NCBI RefSeq assembly: GCF_004010195.1
Contig: NC_057760.1
Location: 3,737,707 to 3,773,234, forward strand
From: Chiloscyllium plagiosum
Lineage: Eukaryota
Reading direction: 5' to 3'
Length of the DNA: 35,528 nucleotides
The notes below the pieces were generated by a model that was given only the letters and a program-made list of their open reading frames with translations, was not told where the DNA came from and searched no databases. Positions within the stretch are counted from its first letter, which is position 1. Every line of letters starts with the position of its first letter. Shown piece after piece: positions 1 to 11,863 of the stretch. Made by a program: the position numbers and the translations under genes.

Positions 1-228
1 TCCACTCCACCCTCTCCTCCCTGACCTATCACCTTCATCTCCTCCCCCACTGACCTATTGTACTCTATGCGACTCTATCCCCATCCCCACCCTCCTCTAG
101 CTTATCTCTCCACGCTTCAGGCTCTCTGCCTTTATTCCTGATGAAGGGCTTTTGCCCGAAACGTCGATTTCGAAGCTCCTCGGATGCTGCCTGAATTGCT
201 GTGCTCTTCCAGCACCACTGATCCAGAA
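1..228 (+). mobile_element. Penelope-like element 3' end/pLTR, family A (runs off the window start)
   Basis: C/T-rich tract, hammerhead core, then GATGCTGCCTGAA..TGCTGTGCTCTTCCAGCA. The same 3' module follows the GIY-YIG remnant at 28130-28261. Near-identical inverted copy at 13515-13717. Confidence 0.8.
134..169 (+). ncRNA. Minimal type I hammerhead ribozyme motif (family A), intact core
   Basis: CTGATGA(138-144)-A-GGGC-TTTT-GCCC-GAAAC-GTC; predicted cleavage after C165; helix III is the palindrome ACGT. Confidence 0.8.
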
Positions 229-527
229 GATAGCTATCACCATTGTTAACAGCTAACTCGAGAATGCAACTTTAAAAAAAAGGGTTTTGTGATTTACACA
301 TGAAAGAAGTGAAATTATAACTGTATTCTAACAGATGAAAGGCTTAACAGATAGTCAATTTTTCAATGTATAATTTCAGTTACATCACACTGCAAATTTT
401 TGCTATAAATTCTGTGTTACGATCGAGCCCTCCACTATCACCTGATGAAGGAGCGTCGCTCCGAAAGCTAGTGTGCTTCCAATTAAACCTGTTGGACTAT
501 AACCTGGTGTTGTGTGATTTTTAACTA
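229..527 (+). mobile_element. PLE-type terminal repeat, family B
   Basis: Homologous to both arms of 5330-6532 and to the elements at 21835 and 26440; contains a hammerhead core. Confidence 0.7.
439..473 (+). ncRNA. Minimal hammerhead ribozyme motif (family B), intact core
   Basis: CAC-CTGATGA(442-448)-A-GGAGC-GTC-GCTCC-GAAAG-CTA-GTG; helix I CAC/GTG; helix III palindrome AGCT. Confidence 0.8.
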
Positions 528-1159
528 ATTATTTATGATATTTTAAGTTATTTGTCAACAGTTAGTTTTAAAATTATGCTCTGTACACCAAGTTTATGTC
601 ACTGATATTAAATATATGAGCCATAACTTTTATGCTATTTGAACATGCCGGGAATCAGGGCTATTTTTGACTCCTCGCTTCACAAAGGCCTGAGGCGAGC
701 CAACATTTCAAATTTTCTTGGAGGTCGTCAATTAACAGGTCACCCATGTTCACCATCTAAATAAGTAACTCCCTTAGAGAAGGAGGCCAATTGGCCACAA
801 ACGTTTGGGGGAAACATTGTAAGATTGTTTAGTTACTATTTTATTCTCTTTTGATTGTAGAAGCTAAAGTTGTAGAAAGCAATGAGAGTGTTATCAGAGG
901 AATGGAATTTACAGCTGCAATAATTGGAATGCAGAAGTTAACCTAACAGAATCACTCCAAAGGACTTTGGGTAAAGGTGATTCACCACATTACTACCTAA
1001 CGCAATAAGTTTCAAAAGCAAGAAATGACTTCATTCCTGACTCCCCCATGAAACTGTGGGGAAAGCATTTCGCAGAAATTGCATGTTTTAAAGGCAGTGT
1101 TAACATGTTAAGTTTAGACTGACCAGAGTATAATAATTATCTAGCTAATGATCATACAA

Positions 1160-1637
1160 CATGACACCCCCAATTCCTATACTCAGTGTTGTGAGCAATG
1201 AAGGCAAGAGTGCTAAATGTCTTCTTAACCACTTTATCTACCCGTGAAACAACTTTCAAAACTATGTGCTTGAATACCTAAATCTCTCTATCTGACAACA
1301 CTATCCCCGACCCTACCATTAACTGTATAAGTTCTACTGTTGTTTGTCTTACCAAAATGCAACACCTCACATTTATCTAAATTAAACTCCATCTACCACT
1401 CCTCACCCTAATGGCTTAATTGAACAAGATCCCTTTGTAATCTCAGATAAGCTTCTTCACTGTCCACTGAACCACAAATATCTGCAAATTTATAACCATG
1501 CTTCCTAAATTCTTATCCAAATCGTTTATATGAATGACAAACAAAGGCAGATCCAGGCACCAATCCCTGCGGAACTCTGCTAGCCATGGGCCTCCAGTCC
1601 AAGAAACAACACTCCAGCACTACTCTTCGTCTCCTAT
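1160..1637 (-). mobile_element. Old CR1 LINE RT fragment
   Basis: Degenerate similarity to the reverse-strand CR1 RT region at 11290-11650. Confidence 0.75.
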
Positions 1638-1796
1638 GGAATCTTGTATGAGGTATGAGAGAGCAGCTAGCAATGTGGAATCGGAGTCAACACCCTCAAG
1701 ATAGGAATGACTACATTTAGAGGGAGAACAAATATTAAGGAAAAGGAATATCTGAGTGTCAGGCAAACCCTTCCATTAAAAACTGAATCCTTGCTT

Positions 1797-2421
1797 TCCT
1801 TGAAAGTGGTATTGCAAGTAGACAGGGTAGTGAAGAAAGCGTTTGGTACGCTTGCCTTTATTGGTCAGTGTATTGAGTGTAGGAGTTGAGAGGTCACGTT
1901 GTGGCTGTTCAGGACATTGGTTAAGCCATTTTTGGAATACTGTGTCCAATCTGGTCTCCCTGCTAGGAAAGATGTTGTGAAACTTGGAAGGGCTCAGAAA
2001 AGATTTACAAGGACGTTGGCGGGTTTGGAGGGTATGAGCTATCGGGAGAGGCTGAGTAGGTTAGAGGGTTGGAGGATGAGGAGTGACCTTACAAAAGTTT
2101 ATAAAATCATGAGACGCATGTATAGAGTTCCCAGATAAGGAAGTCCAAAACTAGAGGGCGTAGGTTTAAGGTGAGAGGGGCAACATTTAAAAGGGACCTA
2201 AGGGGCAGCTGATGCATGTATGGAATAAGCTGTCAGCGGTGGTGGTGGAAGCTGGTACAATTACAACATGTAAAAAGGCATCTGGATGGGTCCATGAATA
2301 GAAAGAATTGAGAGGAATATGGGCCAAATGCCAGCAACTGGGTCTAGATTAATGTAGAATATAGGCATGGATGAGGTGGATTGAAGAGTCTGTTTCTGTG
2401 CTGTACATCTCAAAGACTCTA
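1797..2421 (+). mobile_element. CR1 (HER1-like) LINE, 5'-truncated 3' end
   Basis: ORF pieces VKKAFGTLAFIG, LEYCVQ, KLGRAQKRFTR; 3' tail TCTGTTTCTGTGCTGTACATCTC. Confidence 0.9.
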
Positions 2422-2489
2422 CTGCCTTGTTTGGCTAATAGGTCGGCAAGTCATACAAAGGTAAGAACAGTATCTTACCCCCCCAAAAA

Positions 2490-2750
2490 AACTTGCGTTT
2501 GTGAAGCACCTTTCATAAATAGCTTAACAGATAGTAATGCAATTTTTGAAGTGCATTCACTAATTTAGAGTAGGGCATATGGCAGTCAAGTTGCACACAG
2601 GAAACTCCCACAAACAGCAATGAGCTCACAGGAATGTAGGACTAGCCCAAATCACTGTATAGCCTGCTTTTTGTTGTGTGATAAATATTGCCCAGCGTGC
2701 TGGGAAAATCTCCCCTTGCTCTTTTATATCAACCCAAGGGATTTTGCAAT
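2490..2750 (-). repeat. Old SINE/L2-tail-like repeat
   Basis: Begins with a loose reverse-complement match to the L2-type tail at 4094-4128; highly degenerate. Confidence 0.35.
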
Positions 2751-3075
2751 ATTGCAAATTGACATCAACTCTTGGTGTTCATGTTGGACTTGCCAGTTTG
2801 CTATGATATTTTATCAGGTTTATCATCACAGCAACATTATTTACCAAAGGAGTCAACAGTGAAATTCAAGATATTGTGGTGGGAAAGGAAAGCATATTTG
2901 CCTCAGACTCAGCACTCGCTAATTACCCAATGCTGATACTATTCAAATGATGTCAACAATGGTTGCTGCTTTTTCCAATATTTGAATTAGATTATTCAGA
3001 TTACACTTTGTCACTGTGCCAATTCCTTTTCAAATTAAGTATACATCCATTAACTGTACTGACTCTAGCAGAAAC

Positions 3076-3501
3076 AGGGTGGCATGGTGGCTCAGTGATT
3101 AGCACTGCTGCCTCAGTGCCAGTTTGATTCCAGCCTCGGGCAACTGTCTGTGTGGTGTTTGCACATTCTCTGTGTGGGTTTCCTCCGGGTGCCCTGGTTT
3201 CCTCCCCTAGTCCAAAGATGTCCAGGTTAGGTGAATTGGCAATGCTAAATTTCCCATCGTGTCCAGGGATGTGTAGGTTAGGTGCATTAGTCAGGGGAAA
3301 TATACAATAATAGGGTAGAGAATTCCTGAAGAAGGGCTTATGCCCGAAACATCGATTCTCCTGTTCCTTGGATGCTGCCTGACCTGCTGCGCTTTTCCAG
3401 CAGCTCATTTTCAGTAGAGAATGGTTCTGGATGGTTTAATCTTTGGAGAGTCAGTGTGGACTTGTTGGGCTGAATAGCCTGTTTCTACACTGTAGGGATT
3501 C
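3076..3501 (+). mobile_element. HE1-like V-SINE, interrupted by a PLE mini-insert
   Basis: tRNA-derived head (GGTGGCTCAGTGATTAGCACTGCTGCCTCA..TTTGATTCC), V-domain (GTTTGCACATTCTC..GGGTTTCCTCCGGGTGC..TCCAAAGATGT), CR1-like tail. Confidence 0.85.
3324..3413 (+). mobile_element. 90-bp family A PLE insert consisting mostly of the hammerhead
   Basis: CTGAAGA-A-GGGC-TTAT-GCCC-GAAAC-ATC; flanked by the direct repeat GTAGAGAAT (3315-3323, 3414-3422). Confidence 0.8.
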
Positions 3502-3589
3502 AGTGATTCTTCTGTAACATCTGAGCAAGTTATTTGATTAACACGTCTCAATTTCCTTGGCATTCTGTTTAAAGAGGAGCTCTAAGCCC

Positions 3590-4130
3590 TTAGCACCAAA
3601 ATCACATATTCAAATATTGCTTGTTATCATTTCAGCCTCTATCACTGAAGCCTTTATTTCTACATTTGACATTCCACATCTACACATTCTTATCCTCTCT
3701 CTTATTAGATTTTCCATTCTAAACTCCAGATTGTCCTAAATGCTGCCATGCACTTCTTATCCTTCAAAAAAGTTCCATTTGACTAATATTCCAGTCTTCA
3801 CTGACATACTACTGAGTCCAGATTCCTTCATTGGATTTAAAAATTTTATTGTTCCTAGAATCCCTCCATGGACGTACAACAATCTTTTGCTGCCCGATTA
3901 TGTCCGAGTTTATCCCTGTTCCCCATGATTTCTAAGTAACCTGCCCCTCTCCCTTTTTCTTCCCTGATGGCATTTTTTCAACTACCTTGGGCCTACTCTG
4001 TGGAACTCTGTCCAAAATGTCATTATCTTCAAAAACTTCTTTAATACCTTGATGTTAATTAAGCTGAACTAATTTTTATTAAATCTGTTTTGTTGTGATA
4101 AAGGTGCCATATGAATGCAATATGTTGCTG
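3590..4130 (+). mobile_element. Highly degenerate L2-type LINE 3' end
   Basis: Vestiges of L2 ORF2 C-terminal coding sequence and tail AAAGGTGCCATATGAATGCAA. Confidence 0.45.
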
Positions 4131-4339
4131 TATGAAAACCCACCCACCAACTGAGAGGCCTCAAGAACAACAGTTTATATTGTCATACTTGCATGTTGAA
4201 CTAACATTACAAGGCAGTTTCATGTGCATGAGCCATCTATCAGATCGACTAAACAGCTATTATTCACGTTGAGTGAATGTTGGCAGGCTTTCCAACAGTT
4301 GATAACACCATGTATGTCTGTGATTTTTTAAAACAGAAT

Positions 4340-4660
4340 CATTCCACAGGATGTGGACATTACTGACTAGGCTAGTATTTATTACCCATTCCAAATTGTT
4401 AAGAGTGATCTACATTGTTGTGGATCTAGAGTCTCATGTAGGCCAGACCATGTAAGGATGGTAGTTTCCTTCCCTAGATAACATTAGCAAATCAGCTAGG
4501 GTTTTCCTGACAATCAGCAACGGTTTCATAGTTATCATCAGACTCTTACTTCCAAATTTTTATTGAATTCTACCTCCCATGGTGGAATTTAAACCCAGTT
4601 CCCCAGAACATTGTCTGGGCCTCTTGTTACTATTTAGCTGTAATAGCTCTAAGCCATTGC
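4340..4660 (-). mobile_element. tRNA-derived Deu-type SINE (SacSINE1-like)
   Basis: Homologous to 9245-9597; core TTTCCTTCCCTA; tail related to the LINE 3' end near 22940-23020. Confidence 0.65.
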
Positions 4661-4954
4661 AATGGATGTACAACATTTAAGAGCAGGAGTCCTGACTGAT
4701 ATTCCCCTAGCTGGCTCTCGTTCTCTTAGACCAATTGTAACATATTAGAGTAAGTCATAACACTATCAGCAGCTGAAATGGTTACAGTTAGCTAATGCAG
4801 CACAGACATCTGCAAGTCAAAGTTCTAACAGACAATCCATTCACTCTCAAACACATCAGAATAGAGCAAATCTTATGCATTATACTATAAGCTCTATTGT
4901 GAGTTGCACAGTTTTACTTTGTCAAAGGTTCCAATTTCTCAATGTTTTACTGTA

Positions 4955-5295
4955 GGATCCCTACAGTACTGAAAGAGGCCATTCGGCTAGTCGAGTCTGC
5001 GTCAATCCTCTGATGAAAATCCCACCCAGACACCCCCACCCTATCCCTGTAACCACACATTTACCATGGCGAATCTACCTAACCTGTGTATCCTTGGCCA
5101 CTAAAGGGCAATTTAGCATGGCCAATCCACCTAACCTGCACATCTTTGCTCTGTGGGAGAAAATCAGACCATCCAGAGGTGCCCATGTAGATGTGGAAAG
5201 AGTGTGCAAACTCTACACACACAGTCACCTGAGATTGGAATTGAACTTGGGTCCTTGGCACCATGAGGCAACAGTGCTAACCACTGAACCACATA
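4955..5295 (-). mobile_element. HE1-like V-SINE
   Basis: Reverse-complement homologue of 3076-3501 (tRNA head at right, V-domain, CR1-like tail at left). Confidence 0.85.
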
Positions 5296-5439
5296 GCAAG
5301 ACAAAGCTGCAATAAACTAACTACCACAGATTTACAAAGTTAAAAATCACATGACTTGGCGATGCTGGTGTTGGACTGGGGTGTACAAAGTTAAAAACCA
5401 CACAACACCTGGTTATAGTCCAACAGGTTTATTTGGAAG

Positions 5440-5475
5440 CATTAGCTTTCGGAGCGCTGCTCCTTCATCAGGTGG
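5440..5475 (-). ncRNA. Hammerhead motif (family B)
   Basis: Reverse strand reads CAC-CTGATGA-A-GGAGC-AGC-GCTCC-GAAAG-CTA. Confidence 0.7.
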
Positions 5476-5849
5476 TCGTGGAGTATAAAATTGTAAGACA
5501 GAATTTATGGCAAAAGTTTACAGTGTGATGCAATTGAAATTATATATTGAAAAAGACCTGGATTGCTAAGTCTCTCATCTTTTAGAATGGGTGTGTTGGT
5601 TTCAGTTTTCTTTCAGAACTTTTTTTTAAAATGATATTCTCAAGTGAACATTAACAATAGGTACCATGTCATCTCAGCTAATGCATTGAAGGTGTGAGGT
5701 GCCCTGTGTGAGGCAGTCTGTGCCCCAATGTTCAGACTGATTCTATTTCTAAAAAAGGGATTTACAGAATCTTACATGGATTCATGCAGCTTTTCAGCAA
5801 AATGAAATATAATTCTGCGAGTACAAATTCACCCCACAAACTTATACGT

Positions 5850-6085
5850 ATATGTATGTGTATGCAAGTGGGTGTGTGTGTAGAGGGGTGGGGAGGAAGG
5901 TATGAGAGTGGTGTGAGAGTGTGTGTATGTGTGAGTGTGAGTATAAAGGGGTATACGTTTGTGTGAGAATGCATGTGTGGGTGTGTATATGTGAGCATGT
6001 GAGAGAGAGCTTGTGTAAGAGAGAGGGTCTGCGTGAGAGTATGGGTCTGTAGGAGTGTGTGTGTGTGAGAGAGAGAAAGAGAGGG
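5850..6085. repeat. Degenerate (GT)n/(GA)n microsatellite
   Basis: Alternating GTGT/GAGA runs inside the family B composite. Confidence 0.9.
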
Positions 6086-6157
6086 ATTTACATATGAAAG
6101 AACTTAAACCAACATGGTCATTCTAAAAGATGAGAGACTTAATAAACAATCCAGGCC

Positions 6158-6331
6158 TTCCCCTTAGGTCACTTTTATATCTTTCCCCTCTTACCCTAAA
6201 CTTATGCCCTCTAGTTCTGGACTCCCCCACCCTAGGGAAAAGACTTTGTATATTTATCCTATCCATGCCCCTCATAATTTTGTAAACCTCTATAAGGTCA
6301 CCCTTCAGCGCTGTACATCTCAATGACTCTA
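6158..6331 (-). mobile_element. CR1 fragment inside the family B right arm
   Basis: Encodes LKGDLIEVYKIMRGMDR..DLRG; family B sequence resumes on both sides. Confidence 0.85.
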
Positions 6332-6408
6332 TAATACATAATTTCAGTTGCATCACACTGTAAACATTTGCTATAAATTCTGTGCCATACGATCTTATTC
6401 TCCACAAC

Positions 6409-6443
6409 CACCTGATGAAGGAGCAACACTCCAAAAGCTAGTA
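6409..6443 (+). ncRNA. Decayed hammerhead motif (family B)
   Basis: CTGATGA-A-GGAGCAACACTCC-AAAAG-CTA; catalytic G12 replaced by A. Confidence 0.55.
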
Positions 6444-7987
6444 CTTCCAAATAAACCTGTTGGACTATAACTCGGTGTTGTGTGATTTTTAACTTTGTAC
6501 ACCCCTGTCCAACACTGGCACCTCCGAATTGTTACCACAGGTTTCTTTGGCAATAAATTACACTACATTTAAACAATTTTCAAGGTCATTCTTAACGTGG
6601 TGCAGCGACACAGTCCTTTCGTGTTTTCACACAAAGGAATTTGTTACAATTACAATAGCAACAAAAGGTCAACAAATATAAGTGAGTGACAGACAAGACA
6701 TTAACTGAGGGGTTTATGTGGTGTATAAGTAGAACACAGTAAGTTACAGGGTACAATCCTAAACTGGTGATTTGTCTGTTGTCATGGCCCACTTGGGAAA
6801 ATGTGTCAACTCAAGACCTATTACTTCTGGGCTCACCACAGAAGTTAAAGATTTAATTAAATTGCTCAAACTCCCCAATTTAACTACCTGAAGGACTTGG
6901 GCTAACCAGGTTTCTGTACTTGAACTACTGTTTATTACAAGTAAACCAATTCTGACCACAGCAAAACACAAATATAAATTTTAGGATGGATAGGAGAGAC
7001 TGGTGGATGTAAGAGCTGCTCCTTTTCTGGAGATTGTTTTCAGTACTGGAACTGATTTCCTCAATTTCTTGCAGCAATAATTACTATTTTTATAAGTTTT
7101 TGCCTTTTTTTAGAACTTTAGAAAAAAAATCAAAAACGACAATACTTTAAACAGAAGGAAAGAGAGAGAGAGTAAGAGTTTCAGGAGAGACCACGTGGGA
7201 GATCGGAGAACGTCTGTAGAATTCATCAAAAAGCAATCAACAGAGAGCTCTACTAGGTGGAGCTCTAATCTCCTCCTTAAACCCTTCACATATATGCTTA
7301 CACAGACAAAAGACATGGATGCTGTGGGCAGAGGAAACAATATTGTGGAAAGACAGCTCAATAGCACCAGTTCTGTTTCTTTCAGGTCCTTCAGATCTCT
7401 GATCTTTGTAATGTTCTCAGTTATTTGCTGTAAACAAAATGGGGTTGGGGTGCTGGTGTTGACACATTAACTGTTTCAGTTTCTTAGTCGCTAGTTAGAG
7501 GCCACAGCTCATATCAAATAATGGGAGAGAATAGCTAGCTATCTTTCAGTCCTCACTTCCATTAGTGCAGAGAGAGAAAAGAGGAGATGTTGTCTCTGTG
7601 GTCTGGAGACATTTTGCTCTGTATTGCCAACACACAAGCTGTCCACCAACTTAGGAGCCATTCAGAGAATTGTTGTCATGTTGATGACTCCTGGCCCATT
7701 CAACTGGATCTCATCAAAAACCAAGTCAACAGGTTGTCTCTGGGTGACATTTGATCTGAACATACACTCATGGTGCCATTGGATCAAAGAAAGAAACATT
7801 ATAAAAATATAAAAATAACTCTCAGTGAGTTCCAGTTATTTGCTTTTAAAAGTGCCAGATCTCCTACCGAAATCCTTGTGTTTTTTTTTTCTCTAATTTT
7901 GATCCACAATCTAAACTAGTGCTAAATAAAAAGATATGGGTCAGAGACTTATTGAGGCCTGAACAGTTTGGGTTATGGTGAGAATGG

Positions 7988-10077
7988 TGGACTGGAGAAA
8001 TTGAGGCTCTGGTCAAGAAAAAGAAGGGGGTATATATCAGATATGGACAGCTGGGATTGAGTGAATTACTAGAGGAGTATAAAGACAGTAGGAGTACACC
8101 TAAGAGGGAAATTAGGAGGGCAAAAAAGGACATGAGATAGCTTTGGCAAATAAAGTTAAAGAGAATCTAAAGTGATTCTATAAGCATAAAAAGAAGCAAA
8201 AGAATAACTAGGGAGGGAATAGGGTCCCTTAAAGATCAACGTGGCTGTCTATGTCTGGAAGCACAGGAGATGGGTGAGATACTAAAAGAATATTTTACGT
8301 CAGTATTTACTGCAGAGAAGAACATGGAAGCTAGAATACTTGCGGAAATAAATAGTTTTAGAAAGAGGTCATATTACAGAAGAGGAGGTGCTGGTGGTCT
8401 TAAAATATAAAGGTAGATAAATCCCTAAGACCCGATCAGGTATTTCCCAGAACTTTGTGGGAAGCGAGGAAAGAGATTATTGACTTCTTGCTGAGATATT
8501 TGTATTATCAACAGCCATGGGGCTGGTTGGTTAATGTTGTGCCATTATTTAAGAAAGGCATTAAGGAAAAGCTATTGAACAATAGACCAGTGAGCCTTTC
8601 ATTAATGGTGGGTAAGTTGTTGGAGGGGATTCTAAGGGACAGGATTTACGTGCATTTGGAAAGGCTAGGACTGTTAAGGATAGTCAACATAGCTTTGTGC
8701 TTGGAAAATCGTGTCTCACTAATTTGATTGAGTTTTTGAAGAGATGATGAAGAATATTGATGAAGAAAGAGTGGTAGGTGTTGTCTATATGGACATAAGC
8801 AAAGCATTTGACATGATTCTGCATGGTAGACTGGATAGTAAGATTAGATCACATGGGATAAAGGGGGAGTTAGCCAATTGAATACAAAATTGACTTGCTA
8901 GCAGGAGGCAGAGGATGGTGATAGAGGGTTGTTTTTTGGACTGGAGGCCTGTGACCAGTGGTGTGCCACAAGGATCAGTGCTTTTCATCATTTATATCCA
9001 TAATTGTGATATGAATATAGAAAGTATGGTTAATAAGTTTGCAGATGACACCAAAATAGATGGTGTAATGGACAGTGAAGAAGAATATCTCAGAGTATGA
9101 CAGGATGTTGATCAAATGGGCCAATGGGTTGAGGAGTGGCAGATGGAGTTTAATTTAGTTAAATGTGAGGTGTTGCATTTTGGTAAGGCAAACCAGGACA
9201 GGACTTATAGTTAATGATAAGGTCCTGAGGAGTTTTTCTTTCCTCTTTATTCATTCATGGGATGAGAGTATTGCTGGTTCGGCAGCATTTACTGCCCATG
9301 CATAATTGCCAATAGTGCAATAAAGAGTAAACCACATTGCTGTGGACCTGGAGTCACATTTAGCCAGACCAGGTAAGGATGGCAGTTTCCTTCCCTAAAG
9401 GATATTAGTGAACCAGAAGGGTTTTTTCCAACAGTCAGAAAAAGATTTGTGGTCATCATTAGATCCTTAGTTCCAGATATCTATTGAATTCAACTTCGGC
9501 TATCTGCCATGACAGGATTCAAACCCAGGTCCCCAGAACAATTTCTGGTCTCTGGATTATCAGTCTGCAAACAATAACACTATGGCCATCAGCTCCCTCT
9601 ATGTTGCCGAACAAAGAAACCTAGGGGTGCAGGTGCATAGTTCATTGAAAATGGAGTTGCAAGTAGACAAGATGGTGAAAAAAGCATTTGGCATGTTTGC
9701 CATCATTAGTCAGAGCATTGAGTATAGGAGTTAGGATGTCATACTGCCGCTGTACAAGACATTGATGAGGCCACTTTTAGAATACTGAGTGGTCTGGTTG
9801 CCCTTCTATAGGAGAGATGTTGATAAACTTGAGAGAGTGCAGAAAAGATTTATAAGGATGTTGCCGGGACTGGAGGGTTTGAGTTATACAGACAGACTGA
9901 ATAGGCTGGGGCTTTTTTTCACTGGAGTGTCGGAGGTTGAGGGGTGACCTTAGAGAGGTTTGTAAAATCACGACGGGCATGGATAGAGTGAATAGCCAAG
10001 ATCTTCGTCCTAGGATGGGTGAGTTCAAAACTAGAGGGCATAGGTTTAAGGTAAAAGGGGAAAGCTTTAAAAGGACC
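7988..10077 (+). mobile_element. CR1 LINE ORF2 (RT) pseudogene, interrupted by a SINE
   Basis: NVVPLFKKG..RPVSL, WRPVTSGVPQGSVL, KFADDTK motifs with stops and frameshifts. Confidence 0.92.
9245..9597 (-). mobile_element. tRNA-derived Deu-type SINE inserted in CR1
   Basis: B-box GGATTCAAACCC, core CAGTTTCCTTCCCTAAAGGATATTAGTGAACCAG; the CR1 reading GGTCCTGAGGAG|TGTTGCCGAAC is split by it. Confidence 0.75.
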
Positions 10078-10080
10078 AGA

Positions 10081-10445
10081 AAGAAGGTTACCTCAGATTA
10101 TAATAGGATCTTGATCAGATGGGCCGATGGGCTGAGGAGTAGCAGATGGAGTTTAATTTAGATAAATGCGAGGTGCTCCATTTTGGGAAAGCAAATCTTA
10201 GCAGGACTTATACATTGGCCTAACCAATGTCCTGTACAGCTACAACATGACTTCCCAACTTCTGTACTCAATACTCTGACCAATAAAGGAAAGCATACCA
10301 AACGTCTTCTTAACTATCCTATCTACCTGTGGCTCCACTTTCAAGGGTGTGTTGCTGAACAAAGAGACCTTAGAATGCAGGTTCATAGCTCCTTGAAAGT
10401 GGAGTCACAGAGAGATAGGATAGTGAAGAAGGCATTTGATATGCC
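10081..10445 (+). mobile_element. Rearranged CR1 fragment with an internal inverted segment (~10214-10345)
   Basis: + strand CR1 RT sequence interrupted by a - strand piece from the immediately downstream CR1 region. Confidence 0.75.
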
Positions 10446-10962
10446 AGAGTCATAGAGATGTACAGCACAGAAACAGACCCTTTGGTCCAACCCGTCTATG
10501 CCGACCAGTTATCCCAACCCAATCTAGTCCCACCTGCCAGCACCCAGCCCATATCTCTCAAAACCCTTCCTATTCATATACCCATTCAAATGCCTCTTAA
10601 ATGTTGCAATTGTACCAGCCTCCACCACTTCCTTTGGCAGGTCATTCCAAACATGTACCATCCTCTGCATGAAAAATTTGCCCCTTAGGTCCCTTTTATA
10701 TCTTTTCCCTCACACCCTAAACCTATGCCCTCTAGTTCTGACTCCTCCAACCCCAGGAAAAATACTTTGTTTATTTATCCTATCCATGCCCCTCATAATT
10801 TTGTAAACCTCTACAAGGTCACTCCTCAGCCTCCGACGCTCTAGGGAAAACAGCCCCATCCTGTTCAGCCTCTGCCTATAGCTCAAATCCTCCAACCCTG
10901 GCAACATCCTTGTAAATCTTTTCTGAACCCTTTCAAGTTTCACAACATCTTTCCCATAGGAA

Positions 10963-11286
10963 NNNNNNNNNNNNNNNNNNNNNNNNNNNNNNNNNNNNNN
11001 NNNNNNNNNNNNNNNNNNNNNNNNNNNNNNNNNNNNNNNNNNNNNNNNNNNNNNNNNNNNNNNNNNNNNNNNNNNNNNNNNNNNNNNNNNNNNNNNNNNN
11101 NNNNNNNNNNNNNNNNNNNNNNNNNNNNNNNNNNNNNNNNNNNNNNNNNNNNNNNNNNNNNNNNNNNNNNNNNNNNNNNNNNNNNNNNNNNNNNNNNNNN
11201 NNNNNNNNNNNNNNNNNNNNNNNNNNNNNNNNNNNNNNNNNNNNNNNNNNNNNNNNNNNNNNNNNNNNNNNNNNNNNNNNNNNNNN
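10963..11286. other. Assembly gap
   Basis: Run of N. Confidence 1.
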
Positions 11287-11566
11287 GGTCTCTTTGTTCA
11301 GCAACACTCCCTAGGACCTTACCATTAAGTGTATAAGTCCTGCTAAGATTTGCTTTCCCAAAATGCAGCACCTCGCATTTATCTAAACTCCATCTGCCAT
11401 TTCTCAGCCCATTGACCCATCTGATCAAGATCCTGTTGTAATCTGAGGTAACCTTCTTTGCTGTCCACTGCACCTCCAATTTTGGTGTCATTTGCAAATT
11501 TACTAACTATACCTCTTACGCTCACATCCAAATCATTTATATAAGTGACGAAAAGTAGAAAACCCA

Positions 11567-11863
11567 GCACCAATCCTTGTGGCGCTCACTGGTCACAGGC
11601 CTCCAGTCTGAAAAACAACCCTACACCACCACCCTCTGACTTCTACCTTTGAGCCAGTTCTGTATCCAATTGGCTAGTTTTCCCTGTGTTCCATGTGATC
11701 TAACCTTGCCAATCGCACCGATCCTTGTGGCACTCCATTGGTCACAGGCCTCCAGTCTGAAAAACAACCCTCCAGCACCACCCTCTGACTTCTACCTTTG
11801 AGCCAATTCTGTATCCAATTGGCTAGTTTTCCCTGTGTTCCATGTGATCTAACCTTGCCAATC
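11567..11863. repeat. Tandem duplication of ~148 bp inside CR1 RT
   Basis: Units 11567-11714 and 11715-11863 (GCACC.ATCCTTGTGGC...CCTTGCCAATC). Confidence 0.9.

Larger units (their letters stand above)
5330..6532. mobile_element. Family B PLE composite with two inverted terminal arms
   Basis: Left arm ~5358-5615 is the reverse complement of right arm ~6090-6525; direct repeat TACCACAG at 5322-5329 and 6533-6540. Confidence 0.75.

Noticed and set aside
840..1090. Possible host exon after a pyrimidine tract and TAG acceptor
   Set aside because: All three frames stop early and no protein is recognisable.
6642..7806. Second possible solo LTR (TGTTACAA start, GAGTGACAGA shared with ~19390)
   Set aside because: The right end lacks a clean CA terminus, there is no TSD, and the similarity is too short.
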